This document shows positions 29,834-38,355 of a stretch of DNA of 64,000 nt, piece after piece (the first letter of the stretch is position 1; every line of letters begins with the position of its first letter). The notes under the pieces were generated by a model. It worked only from the letters and a program-made list of their open reading frames with translations. It did not search any database and was not told the DNA's origin. The stretch covers positions 5,056,001 through 5,120,000 of the forward strand of contig OZ241917.1 of NCBI GenBank assembly GCA_965203805.1, read 5' to 3'. The stretch comes from Candidatus Latescibacterota bacterium (lineage in GTDB: Bacteria; Latescibacterota; UBA2968; GCA-2709665). The translations under genes and the position numbers were made by a program.

Positions 29834-31201
29834 TCAGCCCGTCCAGGGTCCGGTAATAGCCAGGGTGATCCCGGGCGACTGGATGTTGGCGTAGAGCGTT
29901 CGGCCGTCGGGCGAGAACGTGGCGCCGGCGAATTCGGACTCGTTGAATGCGTTGCGGCCGAGCTTGTAGAGCCGCCCCTCCGGAGTGACCCCCACCAGGT
30001 GGTTGTCCCCGCCGCCGTCCTCGCAGAGCACGAGGTCGCCCCAGGGCGCCACCGTCAGGTTGTCGCAGTTCTCCACCAGGTTGCCGTCGTTGGGCTCGAT
30101 GAACAGCTCCAGGGTCCCGGGGGAGGCCGTCTCGTCGGGCGTCCCCTCGCCGGGGCTCGGTTCGTAGCGCCACACCTGTCCCTTTTTCTCCTTGCCACCG
30201 CTGGTACACGCAAAGTAGACGGCCTCCCGGCCGTACCACATGCCCTCGCCGCGGGAGAAGCGGGCGGCGCCCTTGTCGAATCCCTGGTTGCGCAGATCAT
30301 TGTTCGGGGACTCCACGTCCTCCACGTCCACCCAGGCCGCGGCCAGGCGGTCTCCGGGAGCGACGGTCTGCGACTCGTGGTTGGCCGTGTCCAGGCTAGG
30401 GCGGTCGAGGGCTATGAGCGCCTGCAGCCGCCCGCCCGCCGCGAGACGTCCGGGCTCGTCGGGCAGGTAGCGGTAGATGAGACCGTCGCCGGCGTCCTCG
30501 GTCTGATAGACGATGCCCGTTGCCGGATGGACGGCCACGGCCTCGTGGTTGAAGCGGCCCATCGCCTTCAGGGCGACCGGCTTCACCGGCCCCGTGGCCG
30601 GACCGGCCGGGACCTCGAAGTTGTACCCGTGGTCCTGCTCGTGATTCTTGTCGGCGCGCTGGGTCGTTTCCTCGCAGGTGATCCAGCTTCCCCAGGGGGT
30701 GAGGCCGCCGGCGCAGTTGCGCACGGTGCCGGCGAGGCTGAGGTAATGTTTCTCCAGTTCACCGGCGGGGCCGAGTACGAAGGTCGTCGTCCCACCCTGT
30801 GGTGGATCGCCGCGGCCCCAGTCGTAGAACCGCTCGCGCGGCAGCTTGCCGAGACGCTCGTTCTCATCGCCGAAGGCGCCGACCTTGCGGGCCCCCGCAG
30901 AGAGTTCGTGGTTGCAGACCAGCAGGGTCCGTCCGTTCGCGCCGGGAAAGGCGGCCATCGCGTCGGGCAGCCCCGGCACCCGCAGGCCATCGTCCATCTC
31001 GACGCCGGTGCGGGAGATCACCCGGTAGGTGAAGCCCGCGGGCAGGTCGATGATCCCGCCAGGGTCCGGTCGCATGGGGCCGTAACCCGCGGCGATCCCC
31101 CCATCGCGGCCTTCCCCCCAGACCACGTGGTACTGCAGTCCGTGGAATCCCAGGGTGACGGCGGCCGCCGACTTCAGGAACTTCCTTCTGGTGAAGGGCA
31201 T
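29834..31201 (-). CDS. phoX: PhoX-family alkaline phosphatase (DUF839), Tat-exported
   Basis: TRRKFLK Tat signal; NHE, NCAGG.TPWGSW.TCEE, MGRFNHE, QTED, GEG, DN, CED, EFAG.TFSPDG. Confidence 0.88.
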   Translation of the reverse strand: MPFTRRKFLKSAAAVTLGFHGLQYHVVWGEGRDGGIAAGYGPMRPDPGGIIDLPAGFTYRVISRTGVEMDDGLRVPGLPDAMAAFPGANGRTLLVCNHELSAGARKVGAFGDENERLGKLPRERFYDWGRGDPPQGGTTTFVLGPAGELEKHYLSLAGTVRNCAGGLTPWGSWITCEETTQRADKNHEQDHGYNFEVPAGPATGPVKPVALKAMGRFNHEAVAVHPATGIVYQTEDAGDGLIYRYLPDEPGRLAAGGRLQALIALDRPSLDTANHESQTVAPGDRLAAAWVDVEDVESPNNDLRNQGFDKGAARFSRGEGMWYGREAVYFACTSGGKEKKGQVWRYEPSPGEGTPDETASPGTLELFIEPNDGNLVENCDNLTVAPWGDLVLCEDGGGDNHLVGVTPEGRLYKLGRNAFNESEFAGATFSPDGRTLYANIQSPGITLAITGPWTG

Positions 31202-31981
31202 CTACTCCTCCGTTTCGGTCAATACGTGGATGCGGCGGACGATCGCCTCGACGGTCCCGGTCACCTCCTCGAGCAGTTCGGAGCGATCGTGAAGCAGGAC
31301 TGCCGCGCCTGTATAGCGATATCTCACCGCATACGCTGTCAGCCACGCCAGCCGTTCGCCGGCGGCGGTGTCGTTTTCGGCGGGATGCCGCCGCACGGTC
31401 GCGGCCAGGTCCGCCAGATCGTGTGTATTGCCGTAGTCCGCGTCGAGCGCGGAAATCCAGCCCTTCAGCGCGTTTTCGAGTGCCTGCTGCGCGTGAAAGC
31501 CGATGGCTTCCTGCGCGGAATTCGCCTCTACCAGATCCTTCAGAACGCCGAGTTCACGCTGGGCATTGGCAATGCGCTGCTTTACGTCGGGCCAGTTGCT
31601 CGGCTCAGGGTTGTTGTACCTTACTTTGTTTCCATTGGTGTCGAATCCGTCGCGGACGGCCTGGCCCGCCACGTGATTGCGCGCGCGGCGACCGTAATGG
31701 AAATCCCCTTCACTTATCGGGACGAGATCGACGCCGATAGAAACGCCGTAAAGCGCTGCGGCCTTTCCGTGAGCGATCGAACTGGCGCGCTGGTACGCGC
31801 CACTGTCCCGGGGACCGGAGTCGGTAATGACGAGCAGATCGACGTCCGATTCCGCGCTGAAGTCGCCACGGGCGCGGGACCCGAACAGAATCACCCGGCC
31901 CGGACGGACCGCCTCGCCAACGGCGCGGGCCACTTCGCAGGCTCTCGGATCGGGTGACAGACGTATCGGTGTCGCTGGCAT
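31202..31981 (-). CDS. Fused MNT-HEPN protein, copy 2
   Basis: Same motifs as copy 1 (ILFGSRARGD..SDVDLL; GFHAQQALENALKG; THDL; YRY). Real start ATG 31981; stop abuts the phoX ATG. Confidence 0.88.
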   Translation of the reverse strand: MPATPIRLSPDPRACEVARAVGEAVRPGRVILFGSRARGDFSAESDVDLLVITDSGPRDSGAYQRASSIAHGKAAALYGVSIGVDLVPISEGDFHYGRRARNHVAGQAVRDGFDTNGNKVRYNNPEPSNWPDVKQRIANAQRELGVLKDLVEANSAQEAIGFHAQQALENALKGWISALDADYGNTHDLADLAATVRRHPAENDTAAGERLAWLTAYAVRYRYTGAAVLLHDRSELLEEVTGTVEAIVRRIHVLTETEE

Positions 31982-32015
31982 TTTCAATTTAAATTCGCAG
32001 AATACGGACGACGCG

Positions 32016-32043
32016 GTAGGGGCGACCGGCCGGTCGCCCCTAC
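32016..32043. repeat. Perfect 28-bp GTAG-type REP palindrome
   Basis: GTAGGGGCGACCGGCCGGTCGCCCCTAC. Confidence 0.8.
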
Positions 32044-32079
32044 GATAAGATTCTGGCATCCGGGGGGAGAGGTCGCCAA

Positions 32080-32210
32080 AAACCGGTGAGACGGTAGACG
32101 TTAGATGACGTCCTTGCCCGATTGGTTTTTCCTTTATGCCTGCGGCACAAAATGAAACCGGACGCGGCGGACAATCTCTCCCCTCTTACGTCTCACGTCT
32201 CCCCGTTTTT
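32080..32210 (+). repeat. Heptamer-array-flanked hairpin element, copy B
   Basis: GGTGAGACGGTAGACGTTAGATGAC..TTGCCCG..TGCCTGCGGCA..AAATGAAACC..CTTACGTCTCACGTCTC. Confidence 0.75.
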
Positions 32211-32269
32211 TCGCTTTTATCCTGTTCATCCTGTGCATCCATGTTGGTCCTGTAATTTGCGTTAAGCGG

Positions 32270-32506
32270 TCAAACGCGTTTGGCGACTTCGGGCTGGATT
32301 TCTTCGTACTCGGGAAAGCGGCCTTCCCTGATCTTGGAGAAGGTGAGTTCGCCGTCGATGGTGACTTCGAACTTTCCGCCGCCGGAAGGAATAAGCGTAA
32401 CGCCTTCAATGTCCTGCTTGAACTCTCTGAGGAGTCTGTCCGTCAAACTGACGGTCTGATCTTCGTAGCCTCAAGCCGCGCAGTATACAATGTCGATTCT
32501 TGGCAT
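32270..32506 (-). CDS. SelW/SelT/SelH (Rdx family) selenoprotein, 78 aa, CxxU with in-frame UGA at codon 12
   Basis: MPRIDIVYCAA-U-GYEDQTVSLTDRLLREFKQDIEGVTLIPSGGGKFEVTIDGELTFSKIREGRFPEYEEIQPEVAKRV. Rdx motifs YCxxU, GG.FEV, FSK...GRFP. AAGGAGG RBS; SECIS-like hairpin after the UGA. Confidence 0.9.
32436..32473 (-). promoter_or_regulatory. Putative bacterial SECIS element
   Basis: UGA, then 16 nt, then CCGUCA-GUU-UGACGG stem-loop with G first in the loop; a further UGAGG/CCUCA pairing is possible just beyond. Confidence 0.7.
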
Positions 32507-32579
32507 CTGGCGCCTCCTTGACGTGTGAGGATGAAATCCGGAGTCGGGTCGGATATCGAGGTAATTTCATGCCTGATTG

Positions 32580-32608
32580 AATATATCTCCTCCAGCCGGG
32601 ATTGTCAA
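32580..32608 (-). promoter_or_regulatory. Sigma70-type promoter for the selenoprotein gene
   Basis: TTGACA-17 bp-TATATT. Confidence 0.7.
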
Positions 32609-32640
32609 TACGGGGGGCGCGAAAGATGTCAGGATTCCGC

Positions 32641-32669
32641 TTGACCGTCGCCATTGCGGGGCATAGATT
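32641..32669 (+). promoter_or_regulatory. Sigma70-type promoter for the M32 peptidase operon
   Basis: TTGACC-17 bp-TAGATT. Confidence 0.6.
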
Positions 32670-32714
32670 GCGATGGCGTTCGGGGCGGTCTTGGGAATGG
32701 AGAATAAGGAGTTC

Positions 32715-34229
32715 ATGGTGTCTGCACAACGGGAGTACGAAGATCTCATCGGCCGGTGGAAGGAACTGCAGGTGCTGGAGTCCTGCGCGGCCGTCCTCGG
32801 GTGGGATGAGCGCACCTATATGCCCCGGGGGGGCGCCGCTCACCGCGCCGAACAGCACGCCCTTCTGGCCGGGATGGCGCACGAGCGGGCGACGGCGCCC
32901 GCGGTGGGGGATTTGCTGTCGCGGATCGAGGCGGAGGTTAACGGCTCCGAAGTGGATTCGGCGGCTGCCGTCAACGTGAGGGAAATCCGGCGGGAATACG
33001 ACAGGAGGACGAAGTTGCCGCGGTCCCTGGTGGTGGCGCTGGCGAAGGCGACGACGCTCGCTGAACAGGCATGGCAGGCGGCGCGTGAGGTCTGCGCGTT
33101 CGAGCCGTTCCGGCCACATCTCGAGGAGGTGGTGCGGCTTACCCGGGACGTGGCCGGGGCGCTCAGGGATGGGGGCTCGTTATACGACGCGCTCCTGGAC
33201 CGGTTTGAGCCTGGCGAGACATCCGACAATCTCAAAAGGGTGTTTGGGGCGCTGCGAGACGAACTGGCGCCGCTCGTCGCGGCGATCGTGGAATCGGGAA
33301 CAACGCCGGACGCTTCGATCCTGACCCGGGAGTATCCCGTGGAGAGACAGGCCGCATTCGGCACGGCCGCCGCGGAGGCGATCGGTTTCGACTTCGAGCG
33401 CGGGCGGCTGGATGAAACGGTGCATCCGTTCTGCTCGGGGATCGGCCCGGGCGACACCAGGATTACAACCCGCTACGACCGCAATCGGTTTGCGCAGGCC
33501 TTCTTCGGGACCCTTCACGAGACCGGCCACGGCCTGTACGACCAGGGTCTCGACGCCGCGCATTTCGGGACGCCGATGGGCGACGCCGTATCTCTGGGGA
33601 TTCACGAGTCCCAGTCCAGGATGTGGGAGAATTTCGTGGGGCGCAGCCGGGCATTCTGGACGCATTTCTTCCCGCAGGCGCGGGACGTCTTTCCCGCGGC
33701 GCTGGCGGGCGTTTCGCCGGACGCGTTCTATTTTTCGGTCAATGACGTGCGGCCGTCGTTCATTCGCGTGGAGGCCGACGAGGCGACTTACAATCTTCAT
33801 ATTCTGCTGCGGTTCGCGCTGGAAGAGGCGCTGGTGGAGGGCGATCTTCCGGTAGCAGACGTACCTGGCGCCTGGAACGAGCGGTTCGAGCGGGATTTCG
33901 GATTGAAGCCGCCCGACGATGCCCGCGGATGCCTTCAGGACGTGCACTGGAGCGCCGGACTGATCGGATATTTCCCCACCTATACGCTGGGCAATCTCTA
34001 TGCCGCCCAGTTTTTCGAAGCCGCCCGTAGGGACCTGGGCGATCTCGACGGGCACTTCGCCCAGGGGGAATTCGAACCGTTGCTGGGGTGGCTGAGGGAA
34101 AGGATTCACCGGCACGGAAATCGCTACCGGGCCCCGGAACTGGTACAGAATGTCACGGGAAACCCGTTGGACCACGGGGCGTTGATGGCGCACCTGAAGA
34201 CGAAATTCGGACGGTTATATGGGGTCTGA
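32715..34229 (+). CDS. Carboxypeptidase M32 (Taq family)
   Basis: LGWD..TYMP, HPFC, D.RITTR, HETGH, HESQSR, IRVEADE, GCLQDVHW, GYFPTY. TAAGGAG RBS before ATG 32715. Confidence 0.95.
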   Translation: MVSAQREYEDLIGRWKELQVLESCAAVLGWDERTYMPRGGAAHRAEQHALLAGMAHERATAPAVGDLLSRIEAEVNGSEVDSAAAVNVREIRREYDRRTKLPRSLVVALAKATTLAEQAWQAAREVCAFEPFRPHLEEVVRLTRDVAGALRDGGSLYDALLDRFEPGETSDNLKRVFGALRDELAPLVAAIVESGTTPDASILTREYPVERQAAFGTAAAEAIGFDFERGRLDETVHPFCSGIGPGDTRITTRYDRNRFAQAFFGTLHETGHGLYDQGLDAAHFGTPMGDAVSLGIHESQSRMWENFVGRSRAFWTHFFPQARDVFPAALAGVSPDAFYFSVNDVRPSFIRVEADEATYNLHILLRFALEEALVEGDLPVADVPGAWNERFERDFGLKPPDDARGCLQDVHWSAGLIGYFPTYTLGNLYAAQFFEAARRDLGDLDGHFAQGEFEPLLGWLRERIHRHGNRYRAPELVQNVTGNPLDHGALMAHLKTKFGRLYGV

Positions 34230-35178
34230 GCCATTGATGAGGCGTCCGGTGATTCTGGACGCGGACCCCGGCGTGGACGACGCCCTGGCGATGATGCTGG
34301 CGCTGGGCTCCCAGGAACTGGAGGTACTTGGCATCTGTACCGTCTGCGGCAACGTGCCGATGGAGGTCGGAACCGGAAACGCGTTGAAGTTGCTGGCATT
34401 GCTGAATCGCGACGACGTGCCGGTTTACGCGGGCGCCTGTCGTCCGTTGAAGAGGAAAGCCGTATACGCCACCGAGGTGCACGGCAAGGGAGGATTGGGG
34501 GACGCGGTTCTGCCTCCGGCCGGTCGGCCGTCATCCGGCGACGCGGTCGCGTTTATCGTCGATACCCTTTCGGCCCGGCCCGGGCGTGTGACGTTGATCG
34601 CCGTTGGGCCGCTGACCAACCTGGCGCTGGCTGAATCCCGGTCCCCCGGGGTGTTGAAAAAAGCCCGGGAAGTGTGTGTAATGGGTGGTGCGATTGACGA
34701 GCCGGGTAACGTGACGCCCGCGGCAGAGTTCAATTTTTTTGCGGACCCGGACGCCGCGCGGCAGGTGGTGCGCTCCGGCGCAACCATTACGCTTGCGCCG
34801 CTGGACGTGACCCATCGCGTGGCGCTGGCAGACGCGCATATGGCAGGCATGCCGGCAACGCCTGCGGGCAACTTTGTGAGAGACGCGGTGAGACCGGCCA
34901 TGGATCATGCGATGCGTCTGCAGGGCCGGCGTCGTTTTTTCCTGCACGATCCGTTGGCGGCAGGGCTGGCGATCGATCCGTCGTTCTTCAGAATCGAGAC
35001 GGTGCGTGCGGACGTGGAGTCGGAGGGAGATCTCACCGCTGGACAGGTGGTGGCGGACCGGCGGTCGTTCTCCAGGGAGGAAGACCGGATGGGACTGCCG
35101 CTGAAGTGCGCGCTGGACGTGGACGCCGGTCGGTTTCTGACGTTTTTCCTGTCCCGGATTTTCCCGGCAATCGTCTAG
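34219..35178 (+). CDS. Inosine/uridine-preferring nucleoside hydrolase family protein
   Basis: DADPGVDD, VHG..GLG, GPLTN, GNV..AAEFN..DP, LHDP. Confidence 0.92.
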   Translation: MGSEPLMRRPVILDADPGVDDALAMMLALGSQELEVLGICTVCGNVPMEVGTGNALKLLALLNRDDVPVYAGACRPLKRKAVYATEVHGKGGLGDAVLPPAGRPSSGDAVAFIVDTLSARPGRVTLIAVGPLTNLALAESRSPGVLKKAREVCVMGGAIDEPGNVTPAAEFNFFADPDAARQVVRSGATITLAPLDVTHRVALADAHMAGMPATPAGNFVRDAVRPAMDHAMRLQGRRRFFLHDPLAAGLAIDPSFFRIETVRADVESEGDLTAGQVVADRRSFSREEDRMGLPLKCALDVDAGRFLTFFLSRIFPAIV

Positions 35179-35194
35179 CGAAAGGTGTTCCGGC

Positions 35195-35941
35195 TTGAAA
35201 GGAATTATCATCGGCGCGGGTCGCGGCATCCGATTGATGCCGCACACGAAAGACGCGCCGAAATGTCTTGCCGAAGTGAGGGGCAGGCGGATTCTGGATT
35301 GGGGTCTGGACGCCCTGCGGGCGGCCGGGGTGCACGATATCGTGTTCATCGGCGGCTACCGCATCGAGCAGGTGCAGGCCGAATATCCCGGCCTTACGTA
35401 TTGTCACAACGCGGACTGGTCCAACAACAATATCCTGATTTCCCTCATGCATGCGGAATTCCATATGGACGACGGCTTCGTCTGTGCGTATTCCGATATT
35501 CTCTACAGGCCTGAGATCGTCGTGAATCTGATGGAGAGCGTGAATGAAATAACGTTGGTCTGCGACACGGCCTGGCGCGCACGCTACAGGAAGCGGACCG
35601 AGCATCCCGAGATCGATGCGGAGAAGATGGCCACCGTGGGTAACCGGGTGGTAGCCATTGGACGAAACATACCCGGCGAAATCGCTCACGGCGAATACAC
35701 GGGCATCGCCCGGTTCGGGCGAGACGGGTCCGTGCAGTTGCGGGAGGCCTTTCACCGGGCAAAGACCCGGTACAACGGCAGACCGTTTCAATCGGCCGCC
35801 ACCTTTCAGAAAGCGTACCTGATCGACCTCTATCAGGAGATGCTGGAAGCGAAGGTCCCTATGCACCTGATCGAGACGCCGGGCGGATATCTGGAAATCG
35901 ATACCAATCAGGACTTCAAGATTGCGCGAGAGGAGTGGTAG
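35195..35941 (+). CDS. Phosphocholine/phosphonyl cytidylyltransferase-like nucleotidyltransferase (LicC/PntC-like)
   Basis: IIIGAGRGIRL..PKCL, GGY, YSD, GEYTG, EIDT..D. TTG start. Confidence 0.8.
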   Translation: MKGIIIGAGRGIRLMPHTKDAPKCLAEVRGRRILDWGLDALRAAGVHDIVFIGGYRIEQVQAEYPGLTYCHNADWSNNNILISLMHAEFHMDDGFVCAYSDILYRPEIVVNLMESVNEITLVCDTAWRARYRKRTEHPEIDAEKMATVGNRVVAIGRNIPGEIAHGEYTGIARFGRDGSVQLREAFHRAKTRYNGRPFQSAATFQKAYLIDLYQEMLEAKVPMHLIETPGGYLEIDTNQDFKIAREEW

Positions 35942-35944
35942 GGT

Positions 35945-37006
35945 ATGACAAACGAGCACGTTCCGTTTCCGGCGGGTGTTGTGGGAAGCATGCCGCGTTC
36001 AAAATTTGTGCGCGACCTGCTGGATCCCGATAGTGCGCCCGAGGATCCCACGGAGTTTTCCGCACGGATGGATGCTTCGGTAGACTATGTCCTCGCGCTG
36101 CAGGAGGCCGCCGGACTGGACGTCGTTTCCGACGGAGAGTACCGCCGCCGGTCCTATATCGGCATTATCGCGGACGTGGCGGACGGGTTTGTGCGGGAGC
36201 GGAATGATGGCTTGTGGTGGCACACGGTCGTGGCGCCTGTGGTCGCGAAGAGGAGGGGTCTCGCCGCTGCCGAGGCGGAATATCTCCGCGCGCGGACCCA
36301 GAAGGCGGTCAAGGTGGCCCTGCCCTCACCCTATCTACTGGGCCAGCGGATGTGGCACCCTGAACGTTCGCGCGACGCGTATCCCACCCGGGAGGGGTTC
36401 ATGCAGGCGCTGGTACCCGTGCTTCGGGAGGAACTGCTGCTGCTCCGGGACGCGGGCGCCGATACCGTCCAGTTCGACGATCCGCATCTCTGCCTGTTCG
36501 TGGATCCCCGCGTGCGCGGCAGGTTCGCACACCCCGAACGGGAGATGGACCTCTGCGTGGATCTGATGAACCAGATTGTGGATGGCGTTGAGGGGATGGC
36601 CGTGGCCGTGCATCTGTGCCGTAGAAACAAGGGTCGGGCAGGTTGGGTCGGGCAGGGCGGTTACGGTCCGATTCTGCCCGCGTTGCTGCGACTGAACGTG
36701 GATCAATACGTCATGGAATTCACCGTTCCCGTCGCGGGTGATCTGGACGTCTTGAAACAGATCCCGGAAGACCGGCAGGTGGGCCTGGGCTGCGTGGACT
36801 GCAGGTCTCCCCGAATCGATACCGTTGCCGAAATCGTCCATCGCGTGGAACAGGCCCTCGAATTCCTGCGTCCCGACCAGATTTTTCTGAATCCCGACTG
36901 CGGATTCGCGCCGGGTAACGCGGCCGAGATCCCGGTTGAAGAGGCTTTCGCGAAGCTCCGCAACGAGGCAAAAGCAGCGGAGATTCTGAGGGAGAAGTAC
37001 GGGTAG
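35945..37006 (+). CDS. Cobalamin-independent methionine synthase II family protein (single barrel)
   Basis: VVGSMPR, SDGEYRR, HLCRRN, ME, NPDCGF. Confidence 0.85.
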   Translation: MTNEHVPFPAGVVGSMPRSKFVRDLLDPDSAPEDPTEFSARMDASVDYVLALQEAAGLDVVSDGEYRRRSYIGIIADVADGFVRERNDGLWWHTVVAPVVAKRRGLAAAEAEYLRARTQKAVKVALPSPYLLGQRMWHPERSRDAYPTREGFMQALVPVLREELLLLRDAGADTVQFDDPHLCLFVDPRVRGRFAHPEREMDLCVDLMNQIVDGVEGMAVAVHLCRRNKGRAGWVGQGGYGPILPALLRLNVDQYVMEFTVPVAGDLDVLKQIPEDRQVGLGCVDCRSPRIDTVAEIVHRVEQALEFLRPDQIFLNPDCGFAPGNAAEIPVEEAFAKLRNEAKAAEILREKYG

Positions 37007-37010
37007 GGAC

Positions 37011-37970
37011 TTATGGATTCTTCCGGAGATGGAGGTAGGACTCGTACCGTTCGCGGGAAACTTCCTCCAGATCGACGGCATCTCTGACAATGCATCCGGG
37101 CTCACGCACGTGGGTGCAGTTCCGAAAACGGCAGTGTCCGGGCAGGCCCCGGAATTCCGGAAACAGCCCGTCGATTTCCTCCGGTTCGATCTCCCACAGG
37201 TGGAATTCCCTCACGCCCGGCAGGTCGCCGACCATGCCGCCGGTTTCAAGTTCGACGAGTTCCGTGTGAGTGGTCGTGTGCCGGCCTTCGCCGGTGGTTG
37301 CGCTGATTTCACTCGTCCGCAAACCGAGGCCCGGCTGCAGCCAGTTCAACAGGCTGGATTTGCCAACGCCGGAAGGCCCCATGAAGAGCGAAATCCGGCC
37401 TTTCAGGAGGTCCAGGAACGCTTCTTTGCCCCTGTCGGTGACAATACTGGTGAGCACAACCGGGTATCCGATTTGTTTGTAGATCGAAGCCGTCGCCTCG
37501 AAATCGTCGGGGCAGGGCAGATCCAGTTTGTTGAAGCAGACGGCGGCCGGTATCTCAGACCATTCCGCGACGGCCAGCATACGGTCCAGCATATTCCAGT
37601 CCGTCGGCGGCTCCGCCACCGAGAAGACCGGGAGGAGCTGATCGATATTGGCGGCCAGGATCTGCTCTCTGCGTGAACTTCCGGAGGCCCTTCGAGAGAT
37701 CTTGTTCCGCCTCGGAAGGACTTCACGGATCAGACCGGTATTTCCTTCGCCGGTATCGATCCGGACGCGGTCACCTATGGCAACGGGGTCCACAACCCGG
37801 GCGCGACGGACGGCCTGTACCCGTTTGCGGCGCGAACCGGGCGATGCTTCGGGATATTGAAGCTGTTTGCGCAGTTTGCTGGAAATGGCGCAGTCAACCA
37901 CCCCGTCTCCGGTGGCGACATGGTAATGCCTTCGGTGTTCACGGATTACGGTGCCTTCAATGGGTTCCAT
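37011..37970 (-). CDS. rsgA: Small ribosomal subunit biogenesis GTPase RsgA
   Basis: AANID, NKLD, GPSGVGKSS, GRHTT, C.F.NC.H..EPGC. Confidence 0.95.
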   Translation of the reverse strand: MEPIEGTVIREHRRHYHVATGDGVVDCAISSKLRKQLQYPEASPGSRRKRVQAVRRARVVDPVAIGDRVRIDTGEGNTGLIREVLPRRNKISRRASGSSRREQILAANIDQLLPVFSVAEPPTDWNMLDRMLAVAEWSEIPAAVCFNKLDLPCPDDFEATASIYKQIGYPVVLTSIVTDRGKEAFLDLLKGRISLFMGPSGVGKSSLLNWLQPGLGLRTSEISATTGEGRHTTTHTELVELETGGMVGDLPGVREFHLWEIEPEEIDGLFPEFRGLPGHCRFRNCTHVREPGCIVRDAVDLEEVSRERYESYLHLRKNP

Positions 37971-38311
37971 AAGAAATCAGGGCAGGTGCGGATGACTTAC
38001 CGCTTCTGCTTCGTGCTTTTCTCAAAATACTGTAAATAAGAATGTTATGGACAAAACTGGAATTCAATGCAGCAGCCGGAAGGCGCGGAAAATTAAGCGC
38101 TGAGGAAACTTTGTCAAGGAAAAAGACAATGTGAAGGGGATTCGGAAGACGGCATCGAGAGGCATCGTGAATCGGGTTGACTTTGGCGGGGCATTTGTTA
38201 TTATTTTTCAAAAGGCGGCTGTAAGCGTTCAGCCGTCAGCCATCAGCTAGAACCAAAAGCCCAATCGGTCGAGGTGTGCGCCGTAAAGCGGCAGGACTGG
38301 ATGCGGCGCGT

Positions 38312-38337
38312 CGAGGGCAAGATGCCCTCGCTCCCAG
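38312..38337. repeat. REP-like hairpin
   Basis: CGAGGGCA-AGA-TGCCCTCG-CTCCCAG. Confidence 0.55.
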
Positions 38338-38355
38338 GGGACACAGGAATTCTCA

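Noticed and set aside
29757-30239. Long N-terminal extensions in the ORF track (MNT-HEPN copy 1; also mutY to 44715, ykvA to 45074, DgaE-like from 49444)
   Set aside because: They overlap neighbouring genes or a MITE and are Arg/Gly-rich nonsense; downstream ATGs match family N-termini.
29999-31957. 652-aa plus-strand ORF and similar long ORFs (1884-2876, 4335-5615, 8759-9892, 33180-34193, 55639-56724)
   Set aside because: Antisense shadows of motif-supported genes in high-GC DNA; no recognisable motifs.
35880-35945. Cobalamin or SAM riboswitch before the MetE-like genes
   Set aside because: Both genes are operon-internal with gaps of only 3 and ~43 bp, leaving no room for a riboswitch.
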